Source of the DNA: Ruminococcus albus 7 = DSM 20455
GTDB lineage: Bacteria > Bacillota > Clostridia > Oscillospirales > Ruminococcaceae
Length of the DNA stretch: 32,000 nucleotides
Assembly: GCF_000179635.2 (NCBI RefSeq)
Contig: NC_014833.1
Span: 1,860,001 to 1,892,000, forward strand
Direction: 5' to 3'
The position numbers and the translations under genes were made by a program. Shown here piece by piece: positions 9,631 to 18,162 of the stretch (positions within the stretch are counted from its first letter, which is position 1; every line of letters begins with the position of its first letter). The notes under the pieces were generated by a model, which worked only from the letters and a program-made list of their open reading frames with translations, was not told where the DNA came from and made no database searches.

Positions 9631-10259
9631 TTGAGGAAACAGGCACTGTATGCGAGGTCTGCCGAAACGGAAATGCATCTTTTATACGCATAGCCGCTGA
9701 GAAAGTCCTTGAGGGGACTAAAGTCGGTGACAGTATCGCAGTAAACGGCGTGTGCCTGACCGTCACAGAGCACGACGGCAAGATCTTCAGGGCTGATGTT
9801 ATGAACGAGACTCTTAGCCGATCTTCTCTTGGAACACTGAAACAGGGAAGCAAGGTGGATCTTGAAAGGGCGATGTCGGCGGAGGGTCGTTTCGGCGGGC
9901 ATATAGTTTCGGGTCATATCGATGGTACGGGCACTGTCAGCAATATCAAGCAGGACGGCATCGCTGTTAGGTATACCATATCGGCGGACGAAAAACTGCT
10001 GAGGTATATAGTCGAAAAAGGCTCTGTAACATTGGACGGCATAAGTCTTACTGTTGCTGCGGTGACTGATACGGACTTTACTGTATCCGTGATACCTCAT
10101 ACTGCCGAGCAGACTATACTGCCGTATAAAAAAGTAGGGGATATAATAAATATCGAAACGGATATCATAGGAAAATACGTGGAAAAGCTGCTGCGTCCGG
10201 CGGAGCCGAAAAAAAGCGGCGTGACCATGGAGCAGCTTATGAAGAACGGATTTATCTGA
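9615..10259 (+). CDS. ribE: Riboflavin synthase (alpha chain)
   Basis: [11 protein letters not shown]-terminus and duplicated lumazine-binding repeats ([18 protein letters not shown]). It overlaps ribD by 16 nt. Confidence 0.92.
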   Translation: MFTGLIEETGTVCEVCRNGNASFIRIAAEKVLEGTKVGDSIAVNGVCLTVTEHDGKIFRADVMNETLSRSSLGTLKQGSKVDLERAMSAEGRFGGHIVSGHIDGTGTVSNIKQDGIAVRYTISADEKLLRYIVEKGSVTLDGISLTVAAVTDTDFTVSVIPHTAEQTILPYKKVGDIINIETDIIGKYVEKLLRPAEPKKSGVTMEQLMKNGFI

Positions 10260-10270
10260 GGAGTGGGTAT

Positions 10271-11470
10271 ATGTTTGAATATAATACTATTGAAGAAGCG
10301 CTTGAATCTCTGCGAAACGGTGAAGTGATACTCGTCACCGACAATGAGGACAGAGAGAACGAAGGCGATATGATATGCGCGGCACAGTTCGCGACCACAG
10401 AGAATGTGAACTTCATGGCTGCACACGCTAAAGGTCTTATCTGTATGCCAGTCAGCGAAGCTATCTGCCGCAGGCTGCATCTGCCCCAGATGGTGGATTA
10501 CAATACCGATAATCATTCCACTGCGTTTACTGTGTCCATAGACCATGTGGATACGACTACAGGCATATCTGCGGAGGAAAGGGGTTATACCGCAAGAGCC
10601 CTTGCAGACCCCGGTTCAAAGCCCGAGGACTTCCGTAGACCCGGGCATATGTTCCCGCTGACAGCCAAGAAAAACGGTGTTCTTGAACGTGAGGGACATA
10701 CCGAGGCTACCGTTGACCTGATGAGACTTGCAGGACTGGAAGAATGCGGTCTCTGCTGTGAGATAATGCGCGACGACGGCACCATGATGCGTACAGAGGA
10801 ACTTCAGGAAAAGGCTAAGGAATGGGGCATGAAGTTCATAACGATCGCACAGCTGAAAGAGTACCGCAAGGTACACGATAAGCTTGTGGAGCGTGTGGCT
10901 GATACCAAGCTGCCCACCAAGTACGGCAATTTCCGAGCAATAGGCTTTATCAACAAGCTGAATGGCGAGCACCATGTGGCACTTGTAAAAGGCGATATCA
11001 GAAACGGCGAGGATATACTCTGCCGTGTACATTCCGAGTGCCTGACAGGTGATGCTTTCGGTTCGCTGAAATGCGACTGCGGACAGCAGTTTGCGGCGGC
11101 TATGACCGAGATAGAGAATGAGGGCAGGGGTATACTGCTTTATATGCGTCAGGAGGGCAGAGGTATAGGTCTTATAAACAAACTGCGTGCCTATGAACTT
11201 CAGGACAACGGTATGGATACCCTTGAAGCTAACTTAGCACTTGGCTTCCCCGGAGATATGAGAGAATACTACATCGGCGCACAGATACTCCGTGATCTGG
11301 GCTGTAAGACTCTCAGACTTCTCACCAATAACCCCGATAAGATATACGGTCTGAGCGGTTTCGGTATTGAGATAAAGGAACGTGTACCGATCCAGATGTC
11401 TGCCACCGCATACGATCTGTTCTACTTAAAGACAAAACGTGATAAAATGGGTCATATTCTTGACTACTGA
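10271..11470 (+). CDS. ribBA: Bifunctional 3,4-dihydroxy-2-butanone-4-phosphate synthase / GTP cyclohydrolase II
   Basis: A DHBP synthase half ([11 protein letters not shown]) and a GCH-II half ([20 protein letters not shown]). 399 aa. Confidence 0.92.
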   Translation: MFEYNTIEEALESLRNGEVILVTDNEDRENEGDMICAAQFATTENVNFMAAHAKGLICMPVSEAICRRLHLPQMVDYNTDNHSTAFTVSIDHVDTTTGISAEERGYTARALADPGSKPEDFRRPGHMFPLTAKKNGVLEREGHTEATVDLMRLAGLEECGLCCEIMRDDGTMMRTEELQEKAKEWGMKFITIAQLKEYRKVHDKLVERVADTKLPTKYGNFRAIGFINKLNGEHHVALVKGDIRNGEDILCRVHSECLTGDAFGSLKCDCGQQFAAAMTEIENEGRGILLYMRQEGRGIGLINKLRAYELQDNGMDTLEANLALGFPGDMREYYIGAQILRDLGCKTLRLLTNNPDKIYGLSGFGIEIKERVPIQMSATAYDLFYLKTKRDKMGHILDY

Positions 11471-11493
11471 TAAATTTATAAGGAGCTGTTATT

Positions 11494-11958
11494 ATGAACA
11501 CTTTTGAAGGAAAACTTATCCCCGAGAACGTGCGAGTTGGTATCGTAGTTGCACGTTTCAATGAATTCATCACATCAAAACTGCTGGGCGGCGCTGTTGA
11601 TACTCTTGTACGTCACGGCATATCTGAGGACGCTATCGACACCGCATGGGTGCCAGGGGCTTTTGAGATACCTCTTATTGCAAAGAAAATGGCTGATTCC
11701 GGCAAGTATGACGCTGTTATCTGCCTTGGTGCGATAATCAGGGGCAGCACTTCTCACTATGACCTTGTATGCAACGAGGCTGCAAAGGGCATCGCACAGA
11801 CTTCTATTGAAAGCGGCATACCCGTTATGTTCGGTGTTATAACCACCGAGAATATCGAGCAGGCTATCGAGCGTGCAGGCTCAAAAGCAGGCAACAAGGG
11901 CAGTGAGTGTGCAGAAGGCGCCATAGAGATGATAAACCTCATAAGGTCTATCGGATGA
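11494..11958 (+). CDS. ribH: 6,7-dimethyl-8-ribityllumazine synthase
   Basis: VPGAFEIP and [15 protein letters not shown] motifs. 154 aa, with RBS AAGGAG upstream. Confidence 0.92.
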   Translation: MNTFEGKLIPENVRVGIVVARFNEFITSKLLGGAVDTLVRHGISEDAIDTAWVPGAFEIPLIAKKMADSGKYDAVICLGAIIRGSTSHYDLVCNEAAKGIAQTSIESGIPVMFGVITTENIEQAIERAGSKAGNKGSECAEGAIEMINLIRSIG

Positions 11959-11995
11959 TGATATCTTGATCGTCATTTGTCCAGATAAATAAATT

Positions 11996-12037
11996 AAGCC
12001 CCGAAGCGATAAGTCAATATCGCTCCGGGGCTTTGTT
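11996..12037 (+). terminator. Terminator of the rib operon
   Basis: A 15-bp stem (11996-12010 pairs with 12019-12033, one mismatch) followed by tttgtt. Confidence 0.7.
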
Positions 12038-12381
12038 AATGGTATACTATTTATCAAAGAAATATCTCATGAAGCCTGAATATAACGAAATCTCCTACTT
12101 CAAGCGTAAGAGGAGGATGTGTTTTTATGAATCGTTCTCTTGCGGCTATATATTCTTCGATCTCTTCTCTTATAAGTATTATCAACATACTACTGAACGA
12201 TGATCCCGTTTACGGTCATATCCTACTCTACCTTATTATGCCTGTTTTTGAAATAATTATATCATAGCTTATATGGGCTGTCAATGAAAGTATCAAACGA
12301 AAAGCAATACTCGGTGCAGACCGGATCGAGAGCGTATTATAATGTAATATCGGGAAAGATCTGATTTTTAATATAAAGTGC

Positions 12382-12410
12382 TTGATATTGGTTCTGTTTT
12401 GTGTTATAAT
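12382..12410 (+). promoter_or_regulatory. Sigma-A promoter upstream of pyrE
   Basis: TTGATA (12382-12387), a 17-nt spacer, then TGtTATAAT (12402-12410). Confidence 0.7.
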
Positions 12411-12450
12411 GAAATAGTTAAAAATACCTTATCTGAAAGGAATGTGTTTT

Positions 12451-13110
12451 ATGACTTACAAAGAAGAATTTATCAGGTTCATGGTTGACAGCGGAGTGCT
12501 GACTTTCGGTGAATTCACACTTAAAAGCGGCAGAAAGGCTCCTTACTTCATCAACTGCGGCAATTACAAGACAGGCGCACAGCTTGCAAAGCTGGGCGAG
12601 TACTATGCCGAGTGTATAAAGGACAACGATATTCCCGTTGAAACTCTGTTCGGACCTGCTTACAAGGGTATACCGCTGGCAGTATCTGCAGTAGTTGCTC
12701 TCAGCAATAAGTTCGGCTATGATGTATCCTACTGCTTCGACAGAAAGGAAGCAAAGGATCACGGTGAGGGCGGTATGTTCGTCGGCAAGAAGCTGACAGA
12801 CGGCGAAAAGGTAGTTATCATCGACGATGTTATGACTTCCGGCAAGGCACTGGGTGAATCCATGCCCAAGCTGAAGAGTGCCGCTGATGTAAATGTAACC
12901 GGTATGGTCATTACTGTTGACCGTATGGAAAAGGCTCTTGATACAGATTTTTCAGCAGTTCAGCAGGCGTATAAGGACTTTGGCGTGAAGGTATACTCCA
13001 TCGTAAATATCAACGATATCATCAAGGCTATCGAGGACGGTGTTGTTGAGGGTAAGGAGTATCTTGACGCTATGCGCGCTTACCGTGCGCAGTATGGTGC
13101 GGAGTACTGA
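12451..13110 (+). CDS. pyrE: Orotate phosphoribosyltransferase
   Basis: PRPP-binding motif VVIIDDVMTSGKA and FGEFTLKSGRKAPYF. I prefer ATG 12451, which lies 9 nt after GAAAGGA. ATG 12442 abuts the RBS. Confidence 0.88.
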   Translation: MTYKEEFIRFMVDSGVLTFGEFTLKSGRKAPYFINCGNYKTGAQLAKLGEYYAECIKDNDIPVETLFGPAYKGIPLAVSAVVALSNKFGYDVSYCFDRKEAKDHGEGGMFVGKKLTDGEKVVIIDDVMTSGKALGESMPKLKSAADVNVTGMVITVDRMEKALDTDFSAVQQAYKDFGVKVYSIVNINDIIKAIEDGVVEGKEYLDAMRAYRAQYGAEY

Positions 13111-13111
13111 T

Positions 13112-13855
13112 ATGATAGGAAATAAATTTTTACTCGGTTTCATGCTTCTGCGTGAAGCTGAATGGGATCAGGAAGCTTTTTTCAGCAGACTGAAAGATAA
13201 ATGGGGTATCGAGCCTGAGGATCTTGATACTAAAGATGATGATAAGATCTTTGTGTTCAATACAGACGGATATCTTGTTTCCCTTGCATTTTATCCCTCA
13301 CCTATACCCGATGGTGAAGCCGAGCAGAATGCGGCTTTCAATTTCCTCTGGCACGATGCACAGCAGGAGGTCGCAAAGCATACCGCTCAGATAGTAGTTA
13401 GCGTCGGCAACGGAATGGATACTATGGAACGTGCTAAGCTCTTTGTAAAGGTGTGCGAAAGCTGTATCGATGATAATACCATAGGCATTTACACAAACGG
13501 TACGGTCTATGCTCCTGATTTCTATCAGAAAAACGCTGAGGTAATGAAGTCCGATGCCCTTCCTCTGCTGGACTTTGTCTGGCTGGGTCTTTCCAATGCC
13601 GAGGGAAAACTCCGCGGATATACCATGGGTATGGAAAACTTCAAGAAGCTTGAGATGGAATTTCTTGATTACAGCGGACAGCCCCATGAATTTCTGAGTT
13701 TTATGCTGGCTATAGTCAGCTATATTATAGAGGGCGATGTTATACTGAATGACGGTGAGACCATAGGCTTCACTGAGGATCAGAAGCTGAAGATCACACT
13801 TTCGGATGGTATCGAATTTGATGACAGGAAGACTATTAAGATCCATTGTAATTGA
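13112..13855 (+). CDS. Hypothetical protein (~247 aa). It may be DUF4261-like, from recollection only.
   Basis: The ATG is 1 nt after the pyrE stop, with GGAG upstream. The coding frame is long and clean, and I recognise no catalytic motif. Confidence 0.6.
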   Translation: MIGNKFLLGFMLLREAEWDQEAFFSRLKDKWGIEPEDLDTKDDDKIFVFNTDGYLVSLAFYPSPIPDGEAEQNAAFNFLWHDAQQEVAKHTAQIVVSVGNGMDTMERAKLFVKVCESCIDDNTIGIYTNGTVYAPDFYQKNAEVMKSDALPLLDFVWLGLSNAEGKLRGYTMGMENFKKLEMEFLDYSGQPHEFLSFMLAIVSYIIEGDVILNDGETIGFTEDQKLKITLSDGIEFDDRKTIKIHCN

Positions 13856-13938
13856 TGGTAACATACCTTTGTAAACAGAATAGTTACATTTTGAAATCAT
13901 TTGTAATATAAATGTAGCTATATGTAATACCTTTGTTC

Positions 13939-13967
13939 TTGTAAAAATGACCTCTTTGTTCTATAAT
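13939..13967 (+). promoter_or_regulatory. Orphan sigma-A-type promoter
   Basis: TTGTAA (13939-13944), a 17-nt spacer, then TATAAT (13962-13967). It is embedded in three copies of CTTTGTTCT/AGAACAAAG. Confidence 0.5.
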
Positions 13968-13971
13968 ATTC

Positions 13972-14086
13972 ATTGTAGAACAAAGAAAGAAAAGAATGAA
14001 CACTAAGAAATTACTCTTAGCTCGTTTCATCCTCTCCAAAATTTTTACACAAGCAGGAGGCAGTCAACAGACTGCCTTTTTGTTTT
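13972..14086 (+). ncRNA. Candidate small RNA (~115 nt) bounded by its own promoter and terminator
   Basis: It lies downstream of the 13939-13967 promoter. It has an internal hairpin (atgaa..ctaag/cttag..ttcat) and a CU-rich stretch tcctctcc. It ends at the terminator aggcagtc-aaca-gactgcct plus ttttgtttt (14058-14086). No plus-strand gene follows. Confidence 0.35.
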
Positions 14087-14092
14087 ATATAC

Positions 14093-14127
14093 ATAAAAAT
14101 ACGGTCGGAGCAAAACGCTGCCGACCG
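14093..14127 (-). terminator. Terminator of the small minus-strand membrane-protein gene
   Basis: Stem 14102-14111 pairs with 14117-14127 (one bulge). A T-run follows on the minus strand (reverse complement of ataaaaata). Confidence 0.6.
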
Positions 14128-14169
14128 ATCTTCATATTTACGAAAACAGTATAACAAGTCTGACCTTTA

Positions 14170-14322
14170 TCAGATCCCGCACTCGTCATAATCCTTCCAC
14201 TTTTCGTAGTGTTCTTTTTCCTCAAAGTATCTGTATACTATATACGCAGTTGATCCTACGACCAGCAGCAGTGCGCTCATCAAAGCCCAGAAAGACTTTT
14301 TCTCTGAATATTTCTTAGACAT
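14170..14322 (-). CDS. Small single-pass membrane protein (~50 aa)
   Basis: MSKKYSEKKSFWALMSALLLVVGSTAYIVYRYF... contains one TM helix. The start is uncertain: ATG 14322 with AAAGGA upstream, versus 14379 in the ORF track. Confidence 0.5.
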   Translation of the reverse strand: MSKKYSEKKSFWALMSALLLVVGSTAYIVYRYFEEKEHYEKWKDYDECGI

Positions 14323-14577
14323 CGTATGCACGTCCTTTCTGAATAATGGAATAAACGATTTTGAACCTCTCCGTTTCATCTTAGGAATATTGAGTAAATT
14401 CTTATCGTTTAATATATTATACTACATTCACAAAGTAAAGTCAAGTATTTCACGTAATTTTCAGCATAAAGTATACATTTTCGAGGAGATATGCAATCAT
14501 TCGGCAGTTGTGTAGTTGTTTACATAGTTCAATGTATAAAACAGCCTGTCCCGAATATATATTACTGAGGTGGTTAT

Positions 14578-15705
14578 ATGGGACTTAAAACAGTTTGCAG
14601 ACGGGCACTGTTTTGTATATTCACAGTGTTTGTCCTTCCGATGTGTATATTCAGTGCAGCAAAGCATTCACAGTATCTTTCAGATATCGCAGAGGGATCT
14701 TCGGAACTGCTAATGATAAGACGCGGCAGAAAAGAAATATGCAGGGATGAAATTCTTCCGGGAACGGAGATCTCTACTCAAAGCTATTGGGATATAGCAC
14801 TTGCAGAAAATGACAGCGAGCCTGTGGCTGATGGTACTGCAGTCCCAAGTCCGTTACATTCTGAAGATGTAGACGGTATGATCCCTTATCCTGCTGACCT
14901 TACAGACCATGACGGCGCTATAGAAAAATACACCTATCAGCGCAGTGACGAACCGTCTTTCTTCAATATTTTCGGCGGCGGACAGGTACGAAACTGCACT
15001 TTGTATGATAATAATGAACTTATTGCGCTCAGCAGGCAGGGACTTCCTTTTGATATTGATTATCCTGAAGGCCAGCCCGTCATACTGATCTATCACACCC
15101 ATGCTACCGAAAGCTTTGAACTTGAGGATAAGGACTGGTACGACAGAGATTTTAACGGGAAGACAACCGAACGTGACAAGAACATCATCTCCGTGGGGGA
15201 CAGGATATGTGAGCAGCTTGATAAAGCCGGCATACCCTACATACATGATACCCTTGTCCACGATTATCCAAGCTATGATAATGCCTATTATTCAAGCCGA
15301 GATGCGGTGCAGAAGATACTTGCGGAGTATCCTTCCATTAAAGTCTGTCTTGATATCCACCGCGACGGCATCGAGCGCAGTGACGGAACACGCATCGCCC
15401 CCGTAGCCGAGATAAACGGAAAAGAAGCGGCGCAGATAATGATAATATCCTGTGCTGATGACGGAAGCGGTAATATCCCGGATTTCAGGGAGAATTTCAG
15501 TTTTGCCTGTGTACTGCAATCAAAAATAGAAAACCGCTTTCAAGGTCTGACCCGCCCTGTGCTTTTTGACACAAGGTTCTACAATCAGGATCTTTCAAGC
15601 GGTTCACTGCTGATAGAAGTGGGCAGCCACGGCAACACCCTTGCACAGGCGCAGTATTCGGGGGAGCTTGTTGGCAGGGCGTTGGCAGATTTATTTTCTG
15701 AGTGA
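14578..15705 (+). CDS. spoIIP: Stage II sporulation protein P (engulfment amidase family)
   Basis: N-terminal TM segment, then ILIYHTHATESF and LDIHRDG motifs with a SpoIIP-type C-terminal domain. RBS GAGGTGG upstream. Confidence 0.85.
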   Translation: MGLKTVCRRALFCIFTVFVLPMCIFSAAKHSQYLSDIAEGSSELLMIRRGRKEICRDEILPGTEISTQSYWDIALAENDSEPVADGTAVPSPLHSEDVDGMIPYPADLTDHDGAIEKYTYQRSDEPSFFNIFGGGQVRNCTLYDNNELIALSRQGLPFDIDYPEGQPVILIYHTHATESFELEDKDWYDRDFNGKTTERDKNIISVGDRICEQLDKAGIPYIHDTLVHDYPSYDNAYYSSRDAVQKILAEYPSIKVCLDIHRDGIERSDGTRIAPVAEINGKEAAQIMIISCADDGSGNIPDFRENFSFACVLQSKIENRFQGLTRPVLFDTRFYNQDLSSGSLLIEVGSHGNTLAQAQYSGELVGRALADLFSE

Positions 15706-15708
15706 AAT

Positions 15709-15808
15709 ATGATAATCCCGCTGGTTCACACAATAAATTGTTGGTATATCTGACCTTGAAATACTTGTAGGAGATAATAATATCAACACGATGTTTCCTT
15801 ATTAAATA
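15709..15808 (+). repeat. Copy A of a ~100-bp direct repeat; it opens with a 14-codon mini-ORF (15709-15753, MIIPLVHTINCWYI)
   Basis: By hand count, 75 of 100 ungapped positions match copy B. It starts 3 nt after the spoIIP stop. Confidence 0.6.
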
Positions 15809-15939
15809 GCCCTTTTAATTGTGCGATAAAGAGCAACCTCCGAAATAAAATGCTCAAAAAGTCAAGACAAAACAAAAGATATGTGTTATAATATGACCAT
15901 AGTAACGTTACTGGTATTTTATAACAGGGAGGTGCCGAT

Positions 15940-16788
15940 ATGACAGCTGAAAGCAAAGAGAGTTTTGAACACGGTTTTACAACATTCGTTACAGCACTGG
16001 ATTATATAGAATCCCATCTGTGCGAGGATATCTCGCAGGAGGATATCGCAGCAGCCTGCTTTGTTTCTCTGTCCTCGCTGCAGAAAATGTGGAGATACTG
16101 TACCCATTTCAGCCTGAAAGACTATATCTCAAAGCGAAAGCTGACCCTTGCGGGACGCTTGCTACAGTCAGAGGAAGTTTCTGTCCTTGATGCTGCCATG
16201 AGATTCGGCTACAACTCCCATGAGGTATTCACCCGCGCATTCAAGAAGGTGTGGGGGATATCACCCTCGAAGTTCAAAAAACAATGGAAAGGTGACTGCG
16301 GGCTTTATCCGCCCCTGAACCCGGAGTATATCGAAAGGAATGATCTTATGAGAGTTAAGAAATATGATATCAGTGAGTTCTATGATTATCTCAGAACACA
16401 GACAGGAACTTTTGTTCTTTGCTTCGACATTCAGAATCTTATGGTAATAAATCACGACCTCGGTAGTGAAGCAGGCGATAAGGCAATACTTGAAGCTTTC
16501 CGCCGTATCAATGAAGCAGCTGAGGATAATATGATCTGTCTGCGTCTGGGCGGGGATGAATTTGCGATGATAACCGAAAGCAGCGATCCCGATGTTGTAA
16601 CAGTACTTGCAGAAAAGGTTCTTTCTCAGAACGGTGCAGAGGTCCCCTACAGCGGCGGAAAAGTCAGCGTATCTGTTCGCTGTGGCGCTATCAGGATAGG
16701 TGAACACCTGAAATATTCCGTACTATGCAATGATTTCAATGCCGTTATGGAAAAAGCACGTACTACAGGCAAGATAGAATTTATTTAA
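15940..16788 (+). CDS. AraC-family HTH (N-terminal) fused to a GGDEF diguanylate-cyclase domain
   Basis: HTH_AraC region (DIAAACFVSLSSLQKMW...FGYNSHEVFTRAFKKVWGISPSKF). The GGDEF domain shows FDIQNLMVINHDLGSEAGD...RLGGDEFAM. RBS GGGAGGTG upstream, and the extended -10 TGtTATAAT at 15894-15902. Confidence 0.8.
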   Translation: MTAESKESFEHGFTTFVTALDYIESHLCEDISQEDIAAACFVSLSSLQKMWRYCTHFSLKDYISKRKLTLAGRLLQSEEVSVLDAAMRFGYNSHEVFTRAFKKVWGISPSKFKKQWKGDCGLYPPLNPEYIERNDLMRVKKYDISEFYDYLRTQTGTFVLCFDIQNLMVINHDLGSEAGDKAILEAFRRINEAAEDNMICLRLGGDEFAMITESSDPDVVTVLAEKVLSQNGAEVPYSGGKVSVSVRCGAIRIGEHLKYSVLCNDFNAVMEKARTTGKIEFI

Positions 16789-16809
16789 AAGAATGACAGC
16801 TGATACAGT

Positions 16810-16850
16810 AAGAGTGCGCAGTATGAAATTGTACTGCGCACTCTTGTTAT
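16810..16850 (+). terminator. Terminator after the AraC-GGDEF gene
   Basis: A 14-bp stem aagagtgcgcagta / tactgcgcactctt, followed by gtt. Confidence 0.65.
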
Positions 16851-16866
16851 CAAAATATTTATAATT

Positions 16867-16966
16867 ATGATCATCCCGCTGATACAGTATATCAATTGGT
16901 GTTATATCGGAACATGAAATACTTGGCGGTTAAGATAACATCAACATGATATTTCATTGTTATATA
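16867..16966 (+). repeat. Copy B of the ~100-bp direct repeat; it opens with a 16-codon mini-ORF (16867-16917, MIIPLIQYINWCYIGT)
   Basis: See copy A. Shared blocks are atcccgctg, tgaaatacttg and atcaaca.gat.tttc. Confidence 0.6.
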
Positions 16967-17090
16967 TCACTTTGTAGTGATGTGTTAATGGTATAGTCGG
17001 GTTTATAATTAATGCTATATGTATTCATGCCGTTATTTCACATCAACTGAAATAGTCTATACAGCACAGGAAAAAAAGATGAATGTAAAA

Positions 17091-18092
17091 TCATTTCTTT
17101 TTGCGTTTCCCGATCTTCATTGTCCAGTTTAAAACAATAAAGAGTGCTACTATCAGGGTCACGAGTATGATAGCAAGCGCGGGATTAAGAAACTTCTTGT
17201 ATTTATCCTCGGTGTTTTTTTTGTTTTCAGCATTGTTTTTTCCGGTGTTACTTGCATTATTATTGCCCTCGGCACGGATTACTTTAACTGTATATACATT
17301 TTCCGTACCGTCCTCTGCTGTTACGGTAGCAGTGAGGATGTTTTCACCGTATTCTAGTTTGCTCCCTCCGTTGAAAGACACGGTGTCTGAAAATGCAGCG
17401 GCTGTTGCGGATAATTCTGCTGACTCGCATGAACTGTCTGCATTTACGGTATACTCAAATACATCGTATGAGAAATCCGGAGAAAGTGCGCCTGCACTGC
17501 ATGAAAGGCTGATCAGATATCCTTGTACAACAGGTGCAGCAGTCGATGGCGTTTCGGAGGTCTGCTGTATGTCACTATCGTCTGAAGGTGCTTCGGTTAC
17601 AACAGGCGCTGAAGAAGTATCGTCAGTTTCCCGGGAAATATCCTGCTGTGGTTCTTCGCTGCTATCGTCAGCTTCACCTGATGCATCAACATGGACGGAT
17701 GTGCTTGAATCAGGCTGCTCCAGAACGTCACCGTCATTTGAGAAAACATATCCGTTGGTCAGTGAGATATTGCAGTCACCCTCACCAACAGCAGAAAAGG
17801 TGAGTACACAATTGATAAAACTGTTATCCTCGTCGGGAACTGAATATACAGTTATCAGACCACCGCCGCCTATTGCATCTCCGTCAACAAATTCGATGAC
17901 ATTTTCATCGTATTCAAGAGATGAATTAAGATAACCTATATTCCTGTCAGAGTCTATCCTAATAGTCACGGTGAAGGTATCACCAACGGATGGTGAGCCG
18001 TTCACTGTCAGCGTGTCTGTAGTATCCGCGTGTGCAGTAAGAGGTATCATGGATGCAGCAGCAAGTGCTATGATGAATGATCTGATTTTCAT
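17091..18092 (-). CDS. Cell-surface protein: signal peptide, cohesin-like domain, acidic Ser/Thr/Asp/Glu-rich linker (some Pro), cadherin-like beta-sandwich domain and C-terminal TM anchor
   Basis: Signal peptide MKIRSFIIALAAASMIPLTAHA. Cohesin-like TFTVTIRIDSDRNIGYLNSSLEYDENVIEFVDG. Cadherin-like LSCSAGALSPDFSYDVFEYTV...TAEDGTENVYTVKV. C-terminal hydrophobic helix followed by KRKKK. Confidence 0.7.
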   Translation of the reverse strand: MKIRSFIIALAAASMIPLTAHADTTDTLTVNGSPSVGDTFTVTIRIDSDRNIGYLNSSLEYDENVIEFVDGDAIGGGGLITVYSVPDEDNSFINCVLTFSAVGEGDCNISLTNGYVFSNDGDVLEQPDSSTSVHVDASGEADDSSEEPQQDISRETDDTSSAPVVTEAPSDDSDIQQTSETPSTAAPVVQGYLISLSCSAGALSPDFSYDVFEYTVNADSSCESAELSATAAAFSDTVSFNGGSKLEYGENILTATVTAEDGTENVYTVKVIRAEGNNNASNTGKNNAENKKNTEDKYKKFLNPALAIILVTLIVALFIVLNWTMKIGKRKKK

Positions 18093-18128
18093 TTTATCGT
18101 CTCCTTTTTATGATAATATATCACCACT

Positions 18129-18157
18129 ATTATACTACATTGGTGCGCTGCGGTCAA
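18129..18157 (-). promoter_or_regulatory. Sigma-A promoter for the cohesin-domain gene
   Basis: On the minus strand: TTGACC (18157-18152), a 17-nt spacer, then TATAAT (18134-18129). Confidence 0.65.
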
Positions 18158-18162
18158 CCTTT

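Noticed and set aside
13954-13985. LexA/DinR SOS box at the orphan promoter (GTTC...GAAC)
   Set aside because: The Gram-positive SOS box is GAAC-N4-GTTC. Here the half-sites are in the opposite order and are about 18 nt apart (GTTC 13958-13961, GAAC 13978-13981), so it does not fit.
13996-14154. 52-codon ORF ([15 protein letters not shown]...) inside the candidate sRNA unit
   Set aside because: It has no Shine-Dalgarno sequence (only an A/G-rich aaagaaaaga). The frame runs through two terminator hairpins that belong to opposite strands, so translation of the full ORF is unlikely.
14380-14577. Sporulation sigma-factor (sigma-E/sigma-F type) promoter upstream of spoIIP
   Set aside because: An ATACAtT-like element is present near 14470, but I could not find a matching -35 at correct spacing. 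A call would be guesswork without a position-weight-matrix scan or TSS data.
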